From contig CAWJQI010000005.1 of the NCBI GenBank assembly GCA_963845085.1, positions 813,604-877,603 on the forward strand: 64,000 nt of DNA, in the 5' to 3' direction. This DNA is from Candidatus Fermentibacterota bacterium. GTDB taxonomy: Bacteria; Fermentibacterota; Fermentibacteria; Fermentibacterales; JCC-6. The notes below the pieces were generated by a model, which worked only from the letters and a program-made list of their open reading frames with translations, was not told where the DNA came from and searched no databases. Shown one piece after another: positions 8,534-17,334 of the stretch. The translations under genes and the position numbers were made by a program. Position 1 is the first letter of the stretch. Each line of letters begins with the position of its first letter.

Positions 8534-10024
8534 TTGATCATGTCCGCTGTTCTATCGTTCCGAAATGTTTCCTTTACGTATCCCGGAGCCGCAGAGCCCG
8601 TTTTCAAGGGGCTTTGCTTCACCGCATCCCGGGGCTGGACAGTTTTCGCAGGCCCGAACGGCATCGGCAAGACAACGATATTGAGCCTTGCCTGCGGCCT
8701 CTTAAAGCCTTCCGATGGAGAGGTTTCCTTCAGGGGCAGTGCTTACTGCTGTCCCCAGAGGACTGACGACCCTCCGGAAGGCATGATCGGCCTGATCGGG
8801 ACCGGCCTGCACTCAGAGCCCGCTTACATGCTCGGAATCGGTTCGGACTGGTATGAAAGGTGGCACACTCTCTCCCACGGAGAGAGAAAGCGCGCGCAGC
8901 TGGCAACCGCTCTCTGGAGCGAACCGGACCTGCTTGCCGTCGACGAACCTGTCAATCATCTCGACCCGGATGCCAGGGCTTTGGTTTTCAATGCCCTGTC
9001 CCGGTTTCAGGGAGTCGGGCTTCTTGTCTGCCACGACCGCAGCATGATGGACAGCCTTGCGGTGCAGTGCGGATTGCTTTCCGAAGGTGGATTGCTCTTC
9101 TGTCGTGGCGGTTACACCATGGCCGAGCAGGAGGACAGGCTGCTCGAGGAGGGAAAGCGCGAGGAAAGACGCCGCGCGGAGAAGCACTGGCTCAGGCTGA
9201 AGAGGGATGCGCGGATGCGCCTTCTGAACGCCACGATGATTCAGGCGAGTGGCTGCGGGAGGCGTGTGTCTTTTCGGGACGTCTGCAGGTTCAACATCGA
9301 CGGGCCCTCACGAGTCGACGGTGCGGTGCAGAAGGCCGGCAGGCTTTGCAGGATCGCGTCGGCCAGGGCGGAGAAGGCCAGGGAAGCCATGGAATCGGTC
9401 ACCTACCGGAAGGAATACGACAGGGGCATCCACTACCCGGCTTCCGACTGCGGAAGGAACACCCTGTTCGACCATCAACCCGAAGTTGTTCCCCTTACCG
9501 GTGGTTCACTGGCGCTTCCCTCCCTTGCAATCCGCCCCGGCGACCGCATTGCGCTCACCGGCGCCAACGGCTCGGGGAAAAGCACCCTTGTCGGATGGCT
9601 CGTTGACCACCTTCAGCTTCCCCCGGGAAGGGTTCTTCACATTCCGCAGGAGATCACCGCCCGCGAGTCGTCGGCCATTCTTGAAAGTGCTCGTGCTTTG
9701 CCCCGTGACGAGCTTGGAATGGTCATGACGGGTGTGAGAAGGCTCGGGTCGCGTCCAGAAGCCATTCTTGAGAGCGGCCTTCCAAGTCCGGGTGAGACCC
9801 GGAAACTGCTGCTGTGTCTTGGCATGCTGAAGAAGCCCTGGGTGCTTTTCATGGACGAGCCGACCAACCACATGGACCTGCCGGGCATTCGTTGCCTTGA
9901 AGAGGCACTGGATGAGCTTTCCTGCGCAATTCTTCTGGTCAGCCACGACAGTGTATTTCTCAAGCGGATCACCCGGGTTGAGTGGAGGATCCGGTCGGGT
10001 GTGCTCCAGGTGTTGCAGGGATGA
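8534..10024 (+). CDS. ABC-F-type ATPase (two tandem ATP-binding cassettes, no TM domain)
   Basis: Two Walker A motifs (GPNGIGKTT, GANGSGKST), two signature motifs (LSHGERKR, LSPGETRK), two Walker B motifs (LLAVDEP, VLFMDEP). A charged Arg/Glu-rich linker lies between the cassettes. Confidence 0.75.
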   Translation: MIMSAVLSFRNVSFTYPGAAEPVFKGLCFTASRGWTVFAGPNGIGKTTILSLACGLLKPSDGEVSFRGSAYCCPQRTDDPPEGMIGLIGTGLHSEPAYMLGIGSDWYERWHTLSHGERKRAQLATALWSEPDLLAVDEPVNHLDPDARALVFNALSRFQGVGLLVCHDRSMMDSLAVQCGLLSEGGLLFCRGGYTMAEQEDRLLEEGKREERRRAEKHWLRLKRDARMRLLNATMIQASGCGRRVSFRDVCRFNIDGPSRVDGAVQKAGRLCRIASARAEKAREAMESVTYRKEYDRGIHYPASDCGRNTLFDHQPEVVPLTGGSLALPSLAIRPGDRIALTGANGSGKSTLVGWLVDHLQLPPGRVLHIPQEITARESSAILESARALPRDELGMVMTGVRRLGSRPEAILESGLPSPGETRKLLLCLGMLKKPWVLFMDEPTNHMDLPGIRCLEEALDELSCAILLVSHDSVFLKRITRVEWRIRSGVLQVLQG

Positions 10025-10046
10025 GGGTGGTTGTGTTGAAAACGCA

Positions 10047-10072
10047 GAAGGGGGCGCCGAAGCGCCCCCTTC
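10047..10072. terminator. bidirectional stem-loop between convergent genes
   Basis: Perfect inverted repeat GAAGGGGGCGC-CGAA-GCGCCCCCTTC, 23 nt after the ABC-F stop and 19 nt before the stop of the convergent lipoprotein gene. Confidence 0.5.
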
Positions 10073-10090
10073 CGTCCCGCATGGGTGCGG

Positions 10091-11206
10091 TCAGTTCTGA
10101 AGCATGCCCTCGATGGTCTGGGCAAGCTCGATCACGAAGTCGGGATCGTCAATGGCGATATCGAGGCCGAAACCGCCGTACTGCACCTCGAACAGCGTGA
10201 ACCGGAACTCCTGCTGAAGGAAGGTCATGGCGGCAGCCATGCCCAGCACGTTGTTCCTGTTCATCCCGGAGTGTTCGAAAGCGTAATCCCCGCCATCGTA
10301 GACCCCGAAGGCGGCCGTAAGGCCGGCGATCATGTCGCCTGAAAGCCCCTTGGCCATCTGCAGGGCTGCGTAACCTGTCATCGCGTTGCGCGTGAAGTCC
10401 GTCGCAGCAGCTGGCAGGTTGTAGGTGGAGTAGTCGAACCTGACGTCGTTCGTGGCCATGATCCAGGTGCGGTAGTTCGTTCCCTCGGCAGTGTACTGCC
10501 TGTAGGGAACATTGAGGTAGACCGAAACCTGGCCGTTATTGTTCACCAGGGAGTCAACCCTGATGTTCTCGTTGAGCGACCACTCGTTCACCGCCGAAGT
10601 CATGGCGAAGAAATCGGTGATCTCGGGCTCATACCTGTACTTGAAGGCGATGGCGCCGTACTTGGGGCTCTGGGGGTCGTTGTGGTCGGCGTTGAAGGGG
10701 GAGGCGCCGTACAGGAATGCGCCGATGATCAGGTTGTCGATGTAGGTGGTGTCGCCATCGACAGGCCAGTCGTACCATGTCTCACCGTAGGCCTCGATGA
10801 CCGACATGGTGCTCTCGCTGAGGATCGGGTCGATGCATTCGAAAACGGTCCAGTCGATGTCCTGCTGAATGGTTGCGGCGTTGGTCGCAATGGGCCAGCT
10901 TCCGCAGTCATTCTGGGCGGTCATGAAGAAGTAGTCGCCACCGACGTTCCAGTAGTCGCTCAGGTGGACCGAACTCCAACCGGCGCCGAGGTAGGCGTCG
11001 GGACGGGTCACATCCACACCGATTGCTTCCTGGAACTTCTCCATGGCGGTGCTGTAGTCGCCCTGGTCGTACGCTTCCCAGCCTTCCGCGACAAGACCGT
11101 TGTAGCCTATCACGTCAGGGATGTCAGAGGGAAGCTTGTCCCCGCAACCCGCCAGCAGAACGAGGGCGAGACCCGCAAGCAGTGCTATTGTGCGCTTCAT
11201 TTTCAC
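10091..11206 (-). CDS. lipoprotein, function unknown
   Basis: Signal peptide with lipobox LLAGC. 371 aa. Confidence 0.55.
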   Translation of the reverse strand: MKMKRTIALLAGLALVLLAGCGDKLPSDIPDVIGYNGLVAEGWEAYDQGDYSTAMEKFQEAIGVDVTRPDAYLGAGWSSVHLSDYWNVGGDYFFMTAQNDCGSWPIATNAATIQQDIDWTVFECIDPILSESTMSVIEAYGETWYDWPVDGDTTYIDNLIIGAFLYGASPFNADHNDPQSPKYGAIAFKYRYEPEITDFFAMTSAVNEWSLNENIRVDSLVNNNGQVSVYLNVPYRQYTAEGTNYRTWIMATNDVRFDYSTYNLPAAATDFTRNAMTGYAALQMAKGLSGDMIAGLTAAFGVYDGGDYAFEHSGMNRNNVLGMAAAMTFLQQEFRFTLFEVQYGGFGLDIAIDDPDFVIELAQTIEGMLQN

Positions 11207-11214
11207 CCTCCTTC

Positions 11215-13698
11215 CTACTCAACCATCATGATCTTCTGGGTGAGAACCTGGCCCTGCGCCTCGAGGCGGCAGAAGTAAACTCCTGCACCGAGAGGCTGGC
11301 CGTTTCCGTCGGTTCCGTCCCAGATGACGCTGTGGTTCGCTGCGGCCATTTCTTCATTGGCCAGGGTTCTTACAAGCCTGCCGCTGAGGTCGAAGACCCT
11401 CATGGTCACATGACCCTGCACGGGCGTGGCAAAACTGATTACCGTCTGGGCACTGAAGGGGTTGGGATGGTTGCCCTGGAGCTGCACCTGCGCGGGAAGG
11501 GACGGGCTTGTCACGCCGGGCGCCTCTCCCAGTACATAGATGCCCCCTTCGGAGACGGGCGCGCAGATTCTGCCGTTCTGGAAGTAGCTTTCAAGCCTGA
11601 CCCAGTTGTCGCCGTCGTGACGGTAAACCGATGCACGGGCGTTCTGGGCCGGGAAGGAAAGCGTTCCGTCGACGGAGGGAATGCTGACCGGGCCGGCGAG
11701 CACGCCAGTGAGCATGCCGGAGGCATCGGCCATGTTCGCGCCGGTGGCAAGGGAAAGACCCAGCATGCCGGTTTCACTGAGGACCACGCGGGAACCGGGG
11801 GCTGCTGCGCCCTCGGGAACCTCGAGCCTTATCCCCCTCACATCGAGGGTGAGTTTGCCGGAAACCGTGCCCACGGCCATCTCGACACTGTTCGAGATGG
11901 CGATGCCGCTGCTGTCATAGCCGGAGAAATCGAGCGTGTAGTTGCCGTCGGATGTGAGGTCGACCGCGCCCCTCCACATCATGCCGTTGTAGAACTCCTC
12001 CATCTTGAGCGGAGCGCTGGTTTCGCCCAGTGTTACGTTCAGGATGGGTCCGACCCAGTCGAAGCCCTCGATAGCCATCGTCTGCTGGTCGAGCGCAACA
12101 GCGTAGACGCTCGCGTAGTTGTCGGACACCTGGTTCTGGTGAACAGCAACTTCGAGGCTGGGCGCGTCGTAATCCTGGCTGAGGAAGTAGCGCAGGTTGA
12201 GGGCGCCGCCCGGGTTGTTGTTGGTGATGATGAGGTAGGTGGCATCGCCGTTAAGCTCGAAACTGCCGTTGTAGAGCTCGTCGAAGGTCACATCGGTGAC
12301 CGAGAGGAATTCCTCCCCGGCTTCGTTGAAGCTTACAACCTTCGCCTCCCAGCGGCCGTTGACTGCGCCTTCGCCGCCGGAGCCGTCAGAGTACTCGGCG
12401 TTGATTAGAACGTCGAGCTCATCGCCCGTCAGATTGCGGAAGAAGCAGTACTGCGAGGCCCAGATGGGGGCGGCCATCGCACTGGTCGGCGCGGCGATGA
12501 ACTTGAGGGGATACTCGTCGAACTTGCCGGTGAAACCGGCGTTCGCACGGGTGTTGGCATGGCCGAAGTCCTCAAACTCGGTGCCGACGAGGAAATCGTA
12601 CATGTAGATGCCGCCTGCGTAATCGCTCAGGAACCTGTGGTTCAGGTTGCAGATGAGCCAGTCCCAGTAGAGCGGGACAACTTCGTCCTGAATGGCGGTT
12701 TCAGGGGCGGCATCGGGGTTGATCGAAAGGGCCACGTTCATCATACCGGTCGTGTCGCCCTGGGCGATGGCCTGGATGATGCCTTCACCAAGGCGCTGGC
12801 GAAGGTACATGAAGAACATGAAGCCCTGCCCCCTGGAGCCCACGAAATCGTTTCCACCAGCGCCGGTCTGATGGTTGATGAGCTCGATGTAGGGAGCCTT
12901 CTCGAAGTTGGAAAGCAGCATGGAGTGCCCGTACTGGCCTGTGGAAGTGAAGCCGAAGCTTTCGTACTGGGCAACTTCTGCCATGCCCCTCACGACCCAG
13001 CCTTCCTCGGCGAGGTTCCGGCTGTAACGGCAGATGGCGCTGAGGCCGTTGGCCAGATTCCACTGACGAAGCTGCAACGCATGGGGGAGAAGGTTCGGGG
13101 CGTACGCCACGCCGTGCACGTTGAGGTAGACGATGTCGTGCGCGTTGAATTCGCCCTGAAGGTCTTCAGGGTTCACGTAGTACATCTGGTTCCGGGGAGT
13201 CTGGGAGGTCTGGGAACTGTTGTACTTGGTGGGGATGGCCGTAATGGCAATCCAGATCTTGTCGGCATCAGGAGCGGTGAGGACAGGCTCGCCCCAGATA
13301 CCGGTCACGGTGCCCCAGACGGTGTTCTCGAAAACCTCGGTGAGGTTCTCGAACTCGTCCATGGTCATCATGTCACCGATGACGCGGACGTCCCAGCCGT
13401 ACATGTCGTGAAGGGAGAGCTCCCCGTAGAGCAGCGAGTCAAGCTCGGTGATCACGCCGCCCTTGGAATCCACCCAGCAGGTGTCCTGCACCAGCCAGAG
13501 GGCATGGGGAGTCTCGGCCAGCACTGTGAACTGCCTTGAAACCGGATTCTGTGGGAACTCGGCAAGGTCAGGCACCAGAAGATTGACGTGGTCGCCAACC
13601 CCCTGGGCGTTCGCCGTGCTGAAACCGAGAAGCGGCATCAGGATCGCGGCCAGGAGAGCGAGGACCGCCCCACTGCCCCTTCCTGAAGTGGTTCTCAT
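11215..13698 (-). CDS. large secreted protein with T9SS C-terminal sorting domain (Por_Secre_tail)
   Basis: ORF 11215..13830. Start moved to the ATG at 13698 (strong AAGAGGAGG RBS, then signal peptide MRTTSGRGSGAVLALLAAILMPLLGFSTANA). The C-terminus HPNPFSAQTVISF...VFDLSGRLVRTL...WDGTDGNGQPLGAGVYFCRLEA...KIMMVE matches the T9SS CTD consensus. Confidence 0.7.
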   Translation of the reverse strand: MRTTSGRGSGAVLALLAAILMPLLGFSTANAQGVGDHVNLLVPDLAEFPQNPVSRQFTVLAETPHALWLVQDTCWVDSKGGVITELDSLLYGELSLHDMYGWDVRVIGDMMTMDEFENLTEVFENTVWGTVTGIWGEPVLTAPDADKIWIAITAIPTKYNSSQTSQTPRNQMYYVNPEDLQGEFNAHDIVYLNVHGVAYAPNLLPHALQLRQWNLANGLSAICRYSRNLAEEGWVVRGMAEVAQYESFGFTSTGQYGHSMLLSNFEKAPYIELINHQTGAGGNDFVGSRGQGFMFFMYLRQRLGEGIIQAIAQGDTTGMMNVALSINPDAAPETAIQDEVVPLYWDWLICNLNHRFLSDYAGGIYMYDFLVGTEFEDFGHANTRANAGFTGKFDEYPLKFIAAPTSAMAAPIWASQYCFFRNLTGDELDVLINAEYSDGSGGEGAVNGRWEAKVVSFNEAGEEFLSVTDVTFDELYNGSFELNGDATYLIITNNNPGGALNLRYFLSQDYDAPSLEVAVHQNQVSDNYASVYAVALDQQTMAIEGFDWVGPILNVTLGETSAPLKMEEFYNGMMWRGAVDLTSDGNYTLDFSGYDSSGIAISNSVEMAVGTVSGKLTLDVRGIRLEVPEGAAAPGSRVVLSETGMLGLSLATGANMADASGMLTGVLAGPVSIPSVDGTLSFPAQNARASVYRHDGDNWVRLESYFQNGRICAPVSEGGIYVLGEAPGVTSPSLPAQVQLQGNHPNPFSAQTVISFATPVQGHVTMRVFDLSGRLVRTLANEEMAAANHSVIWDGTDGNGQPLGAGVYFCRLEAQGQVLTQKIMMVE

Positions 13699-13810
13699 GT
13701 TAACCTCCTCTTTGCTGTCTGCGGTTTTAGCCGCACTGTGGAATCTATTCTTTCCGGGCCCTTCACAGGGTCCGCAGGTTCGGTCAAATCTTTCCTTTCC
13801 GGTGTAGTAC

Positions 13811-15139
13811 CTACCATTCATCTGAATCATCCCCAGAGCTGTCGCCGGACGTTGACTGGTGAATCCTGATCATGTCCTGCCAGTTGTTGAAGGAGACCTC
13901 GCCAGGAACGTTCGAGTAAACCTGGCGGAAATCACCGCTGGCATTCATGTCGGCGAAAACGAACACCTTGCTGCCGCCTTCGAGGTACTGCCATGACTCG
14001 TAGGGCATGTTGTCGGTTGTGAAGGCGCTTCGCTCGACCTCGACAGGTTCGCCGTAGATGACGTACACCCGTCCGCGGTCGGTCCTGAAGCCCGGCACGC
14101 CCATGTAGGAGAACCTTTCGACTTCACGGCAGCGCTCTTCAAAGCTCTCCCGGTCAGCCGGCGAGTTCTGCCAGAACTGCTGGTAGTAGGCGGCGCGTCC
14201 CTGTTCATCAAGGCTTTCGTAAAGCTCGGCGTGGCTCTCGGGAAGAAGCAGGATGAACTCTTCGAGGTGTTCGGGTGTTCCGGCTGCTTCCGCAGGGGAT
14301 GGCAACTCCGGCAGAAAGGCAACCGCCTCGACAAGCATCGGCTTGGTCGAGAGACCAAGCGTGTCGCCGTTCTCGGAGGTGTAGAGAATGTACAGGCTGT
14401 AGAGTCCCGAAACCCCGGCGGGAGTGAGATCGAGGCTGTCGACGAGACTGACGGAGTTCATCCCCTCGGGGATCGGGAAGGTTTCGGCGGGTCTGGCAAA
14501 CACCACCCGGCCATCGGGTCCGGTGATGCCGGTCTGCCTGTGAAGTGTCGTCCCCCCAAGGTCGTAGAGTTCCTGGTAGGTGTACACCCTCGTCTCGGCA
14601 GGAACGCTGAAGGTGTTTGACGCTGCCGGGAAGACTATCAGAGCGCCTTTTCTGAGAGCGTTTTCACTGCCCTCGACCACGGGCATGAGCGTTCTTGCGA
14701 TCTCCACCTCGCTCATGAAACCCGGGGCTTCGATCGTCAGGTTGCGCTGCGCCGTGCCGACCAGGCCGTTGAGGTTGTCGGTGACAGTCACTGCAAGCGC
14801 CCTTTCACCCGGGGTGACAGGAAGCATGACGGCATTTATGGCGCTTCGCCCTGAAGCCCATTCAGTTTCGGAGCGCCACGCCTCGTAGGCGAGAGTGTCA
14901 CCGGCAGGTCCGGTCATGACCACGACCGTTGTGAAGGAAGCCGTTCCGTCCGCATCCCGGGAGAGGTTGTCAAGCGGGATCTCCTGGTAGACTTCCAGCA
15001 TCTGGGCGTGATCTGTGCCGCTGCGGAAAAGGGCGGTGTCGATTGAAAACCGAACATCCCCCCTGCCCGGAGTAGCCAGCTGTTCGCCGATGCCCGCAGC
15101 AGCAAACGCAAGCAGAACTGCAATAAGCCTAGTAGACAT
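13811..15139 (-). CDS. GWxTD-domain protein
   Basis: ORF 13811..15175. Start likely the ATG at 15139 (GGGAGG RBS, signal peptide MSTRLIAVLLAFAAAG). C-terminal GFRTDRGRVYVIYGEPVEVE matches the GWxTD-domain core. Confidence 0.7.
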   Translation of the reverse strand: MSTRLIAVLLAFAAAGIGEQLATPGRGDVRFSIDTALFRSGTDHAQMLEVYQEIPLDNLSRDADGTASFTTVVVMTGPAGDTLAYEAWRSETEWASGRSAINAVMLPVTPGERALAVTVTDNLNGLVGTAQRNLTIEAPGFMSEVEIARTLMPVVEGSENALRKGALIVFPAASNTFSVPAETRVYTYQELYDLGGTTLHRQTGITGPDGRVVFARPAETFPIPEGMNSVSLVDSLDLTPAGVSGLYSLYILYTSENGDTLGLSTKPMLVEAVAFLPELPSPAEAAGTPEHLEEFILLLPESHAELYESLDEQGRAAYYQQFWQNSPADRESFEERCREVERFSYMGVPGFRTDRGRVYVIYGEPVEVERSAFTTDNMPYESWQYLEGGSKVFVFADMNASGDFRQVYSNVPGEVSFNNWQDMIRIHQSTSGDSSGDDSDEW

Positions 15140-16277
15140 ACCATGCCTCCCCGAGGCTGAAAGCCCGTTCAACATCCTGCCAGTCGCCTTCGAACTCGTA
15201 GTAACCGTATCCGAAGCGGTCGACGAAGGTCATCGTAAGCCGGGGATTGAAATAGGTCCACACCTGGAACGGATACCCCTCGGTCTGAAATGGGTGATCC
15301 TCGACCATGTCAGGCTCGCCAAGTTTGGCATAGGCGTGCCCCATGTCCGAGAGGATCCCCCTTGTCACTCCCGAGGTGAATGTTCGTTCGATGTAATCCA
15401 GTCTTCTGCGGTAGGTGTCGAGGAATTCGTTCTCCCTTGTGGCCGGGTTGGGATCGCGTCTGAGCCAGAACTCGCTCATCACGGCCTGCCTCTGGCCCGT
15501 GCCCTGGGCGCCCTCGAGTTCACTGATCTCCCTTGATGATGCGATGGGGCGGATCAGCGTGAGGGTTTCCTGCATGTCGTCGCCCCACAGGTCCCAGGAG
15601 GAGAGCAACCGGAATGAGCTCGAGGAAGTGGCCATGATGACCGGTCCGTCCATGGCGGCCGTGTTCACCCTGTACTGGCCCCGTTCGAGCCCGCCAAGCG
15701 AGATCGTGCAGGTGTAGGAGGCTATCCCGTCATCGCGTCGGGAAGGTTCCATCCAACCCTCCCTCATGATGTTGAGGTCGTGGTCGAGAATGGCGTAGGC
15801 GGCCCTTATCTCGCCCGATCCAACGGGAGGGTACACGTCCCAGAGAATGCTCATGTTCCCGAGAGCCCTGACCGTTCCTGACGGAGTGATCCTGAGCCCT
15901 GCGGATGACCATGTCTCAGCGTTCGTGCTGTCGATGACCACCTCAACGCTCTGAGAGACCCTCTCACCTGTTTCCAGGTCGAGAAGGCTCGCCTCAAGAG
16001 CGTGAACACCCGCTGAAAGCCCCTCAAACACCAGTTCCTCCACGACGGGAAAACCCTCTTCCCCTACCTGGCCCCCCGCCCTTGTAAAACTGCCTGCCAT
16101 CTCGGCCGTGACCTCGTAGCGGGCCGTTCCTGAATCGGCTGAAAACACGGTGACAAGGTCATCGCGTTCGATGATCACAGTCACCGTTGCGGAGCCGCTG
16201 CGAACGGGACCTGATGGAACCGTTGTCCAGCTCACCGCAAAGCCGGTCAGGACTGCAGGAATCAGGGAAACCATCAC
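15129..16277 (-). CDS. GWxTD-domain protein (paralog of the downstream gene)
   Basis: GTG start. The C-terminal half (..TRGILSDMGHAYAKLGEPDMVE..) aligns with the GWxTD domain of the adjacent gene. Confidence 0.65.
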   Translation of the reverse strand: MMVSLIPAVLTGFAVSWTTVPSGPVRSGSATVTVIIERDDLVTVFSADSGTARYEVTAEMAGSFTRAGGQVGEEGFPVVEELVFEGLSAGVHALEASLLDLETGERVSQSVEVVIDSTNAETWSSAGLRITPSGTVRALGNMSILWDVYPPVGSGEIRAAYAILDHDLNIMREGWMEPSRRDDGIASYTCTISLGGLERGQYRVNTAAMDGPVIMATSSSSFRLLSSWDLWGDDMQETLTLIRPIASSREISELEGAQGTGQRQAVMSEFWLRRDPNPATRENEFLDTYRRRLDYIERTFTSGVTRGILSDMGHAYAKLGEPDMVEDHPFQTEGYPFQVWTYFNPRLTMTFVDRFGYGYYEFEGDWQDVERAFSLGEAWYVY

Positions 16278-16297
16278 CTTCGAATCACCTTTCCCGC

Positions 16298-16323
16298 CCG
16301 GGGGGGGCGTCCGCCCCCCCCGG
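16298..16323 (-). terminator. G8/C8 homopolymer hairpin downstream of the PorV-like gene
   Basis: CCGGGGGGGG-CGTCCG-CCCCCCCCGG, a 10-bp all-GC stem with a 6-nt loop, between the PorV-like stop (16335) and the GWxTD start (16277). There is no clear U-tract, so it may be a processing/attenuation structure rather than an intrinsic terminator. Confidence 0.35.
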
Positions 16324-16334
16324 ATTCTGGGCTA

Positions 16335-17318
16335 TCAGAACGCAACGCCGAGGCTGGCCCTGTGGACCATTTCCAGGCGGTTGAAGTCCTGATAAGCGTA
16401 ATCGAGCGAAAGGGTGCTGCCGCCCATGGGGATCCGGAAACCGGCCCCGGCCGCAAGACCCTCTTCGTCCGTGTTTACCCTGTAGCCGCCCCTGAGGGCG
16501 AACATGTTGTTGAACCAGTACTCGGCGCCCATGTTCACCTGTTCAAGGTTGTCGGGCGGGTGAACGCCGTCGACCTCGACCGTGATGTGGTGGTTGGCGC
16601 TCTGCAGCACATCCATTGCCATGCCGATCTTGAAGGTCATGGGCATGGAGTAGGAGTCGTAGGTGTGCAGCGAGTCGTCACCGCTGAAATACGTGGTGAA
16701 CTCACCGTTTGGCGTGAGCTCAGGCCCGAAGTGCTGAATGGTCATGCCGATCCGAAGAGTCTTGAACCCCGTGTCGTAAAGGGTTCCGAGGTCGACTGCG
16801 ACCCCGCCCGCGGAAACGTCATCCCACGATTCCCTGACGTACTTCACGGTAAGGCCCGCGCTGAACCTGTCCGTGAGCATTCTGGAAAACGTGAGGCCCG
16901 CCACCATGTCGGAGCATGTGAACGTCTCGCCGGTGCCGTCGGGATCCTCAACGGTCGTCACGTCCATGTCGCCGCTGCTGAGAAGGCCGAACTGGAACCC
17001 GAAAGTTCCAACCCCGGGCTGCTCATGCGTGACGAGTCCGCTTCCGTAGAGAATGTCGCCGTAAAGCTGGGTACCGGAGAACTGCACCTGGGTGCCTTCT
17101 GCCTTGACCACGGCGCCCGGGTTCCAGTAGACGGCGCTGGGATCGTTTGCTGTGGCGATGAAGGCGCCGCCCATGGCAACACCCCTGGCGCCCACACCGA
17201 TCTGAAGGAACTGGGCGCCGGTGGTGCCGACCTTGGCGAATGAAGAGGCTTCCGCATCGGCAGGGATCAGCAGGAAGGCAACCACCGCCACTGCCAGAAT
17301 CATTCCTGTGAGCTTCAT
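16335..17318 (-). CDS. PorV/UPF0164-like outer-membrane beta-barrel protein (T9SS-associated)
   Basis: ORF 16335..17387. Start moved to the ATG at 17318 (GGAAAGGAGG RBS, signal peptide MKLTGMILAVAVVAFLLIPADA). N-terminal AQFLQIGVGARGVAMGGAFIATANDPSAVYWNPGA is the signature of this family as I recall it. Ends with an aromatic residue (F). Confidence 0.55.
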   Translation of the reverse strand: MKLTGMILAVAVVAFLLIPADAEASSFAKVGTTGAQFLQIGVGARGVAMGGAFIATANDPSAVYWNPGAVVKAEGTQVQFSGTQLYGDILYGSGLVTHEQPGVGTFGFQFGLLSSGDMDVTTVEDPDGTGETFTCSDMVAGLTFSRMLTDRFSAGLTVKYVRESWDDVSAGGVAVDLGTLYDTGFKTLRIGMTIQHFGPELTPNGEFTTYFSGDDSLHTYDSYSMPMTFKIGMAMDVLQSANHHITVEVDGVHPPDNLEQVNMGAEYWFNNMFALRGGYRVNTDEEGLAAGAGFRIPMGGSTLSLDYAYQDFNRLEMVHRASLGVAF

Positions 17319-17334
17319 GGTTATCCTCCTTTCC

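Noticed and set aside
11023-13539. Plus-strand ORFs of 461 aa (11023..12408) and 326 aa (12559..13539), opposite the 871-aa secreted protein gene
   Set aside because: Same GC-driven antisense artefact. The minus-strand gene has a signal peptide, RBS and a conserved CTD.
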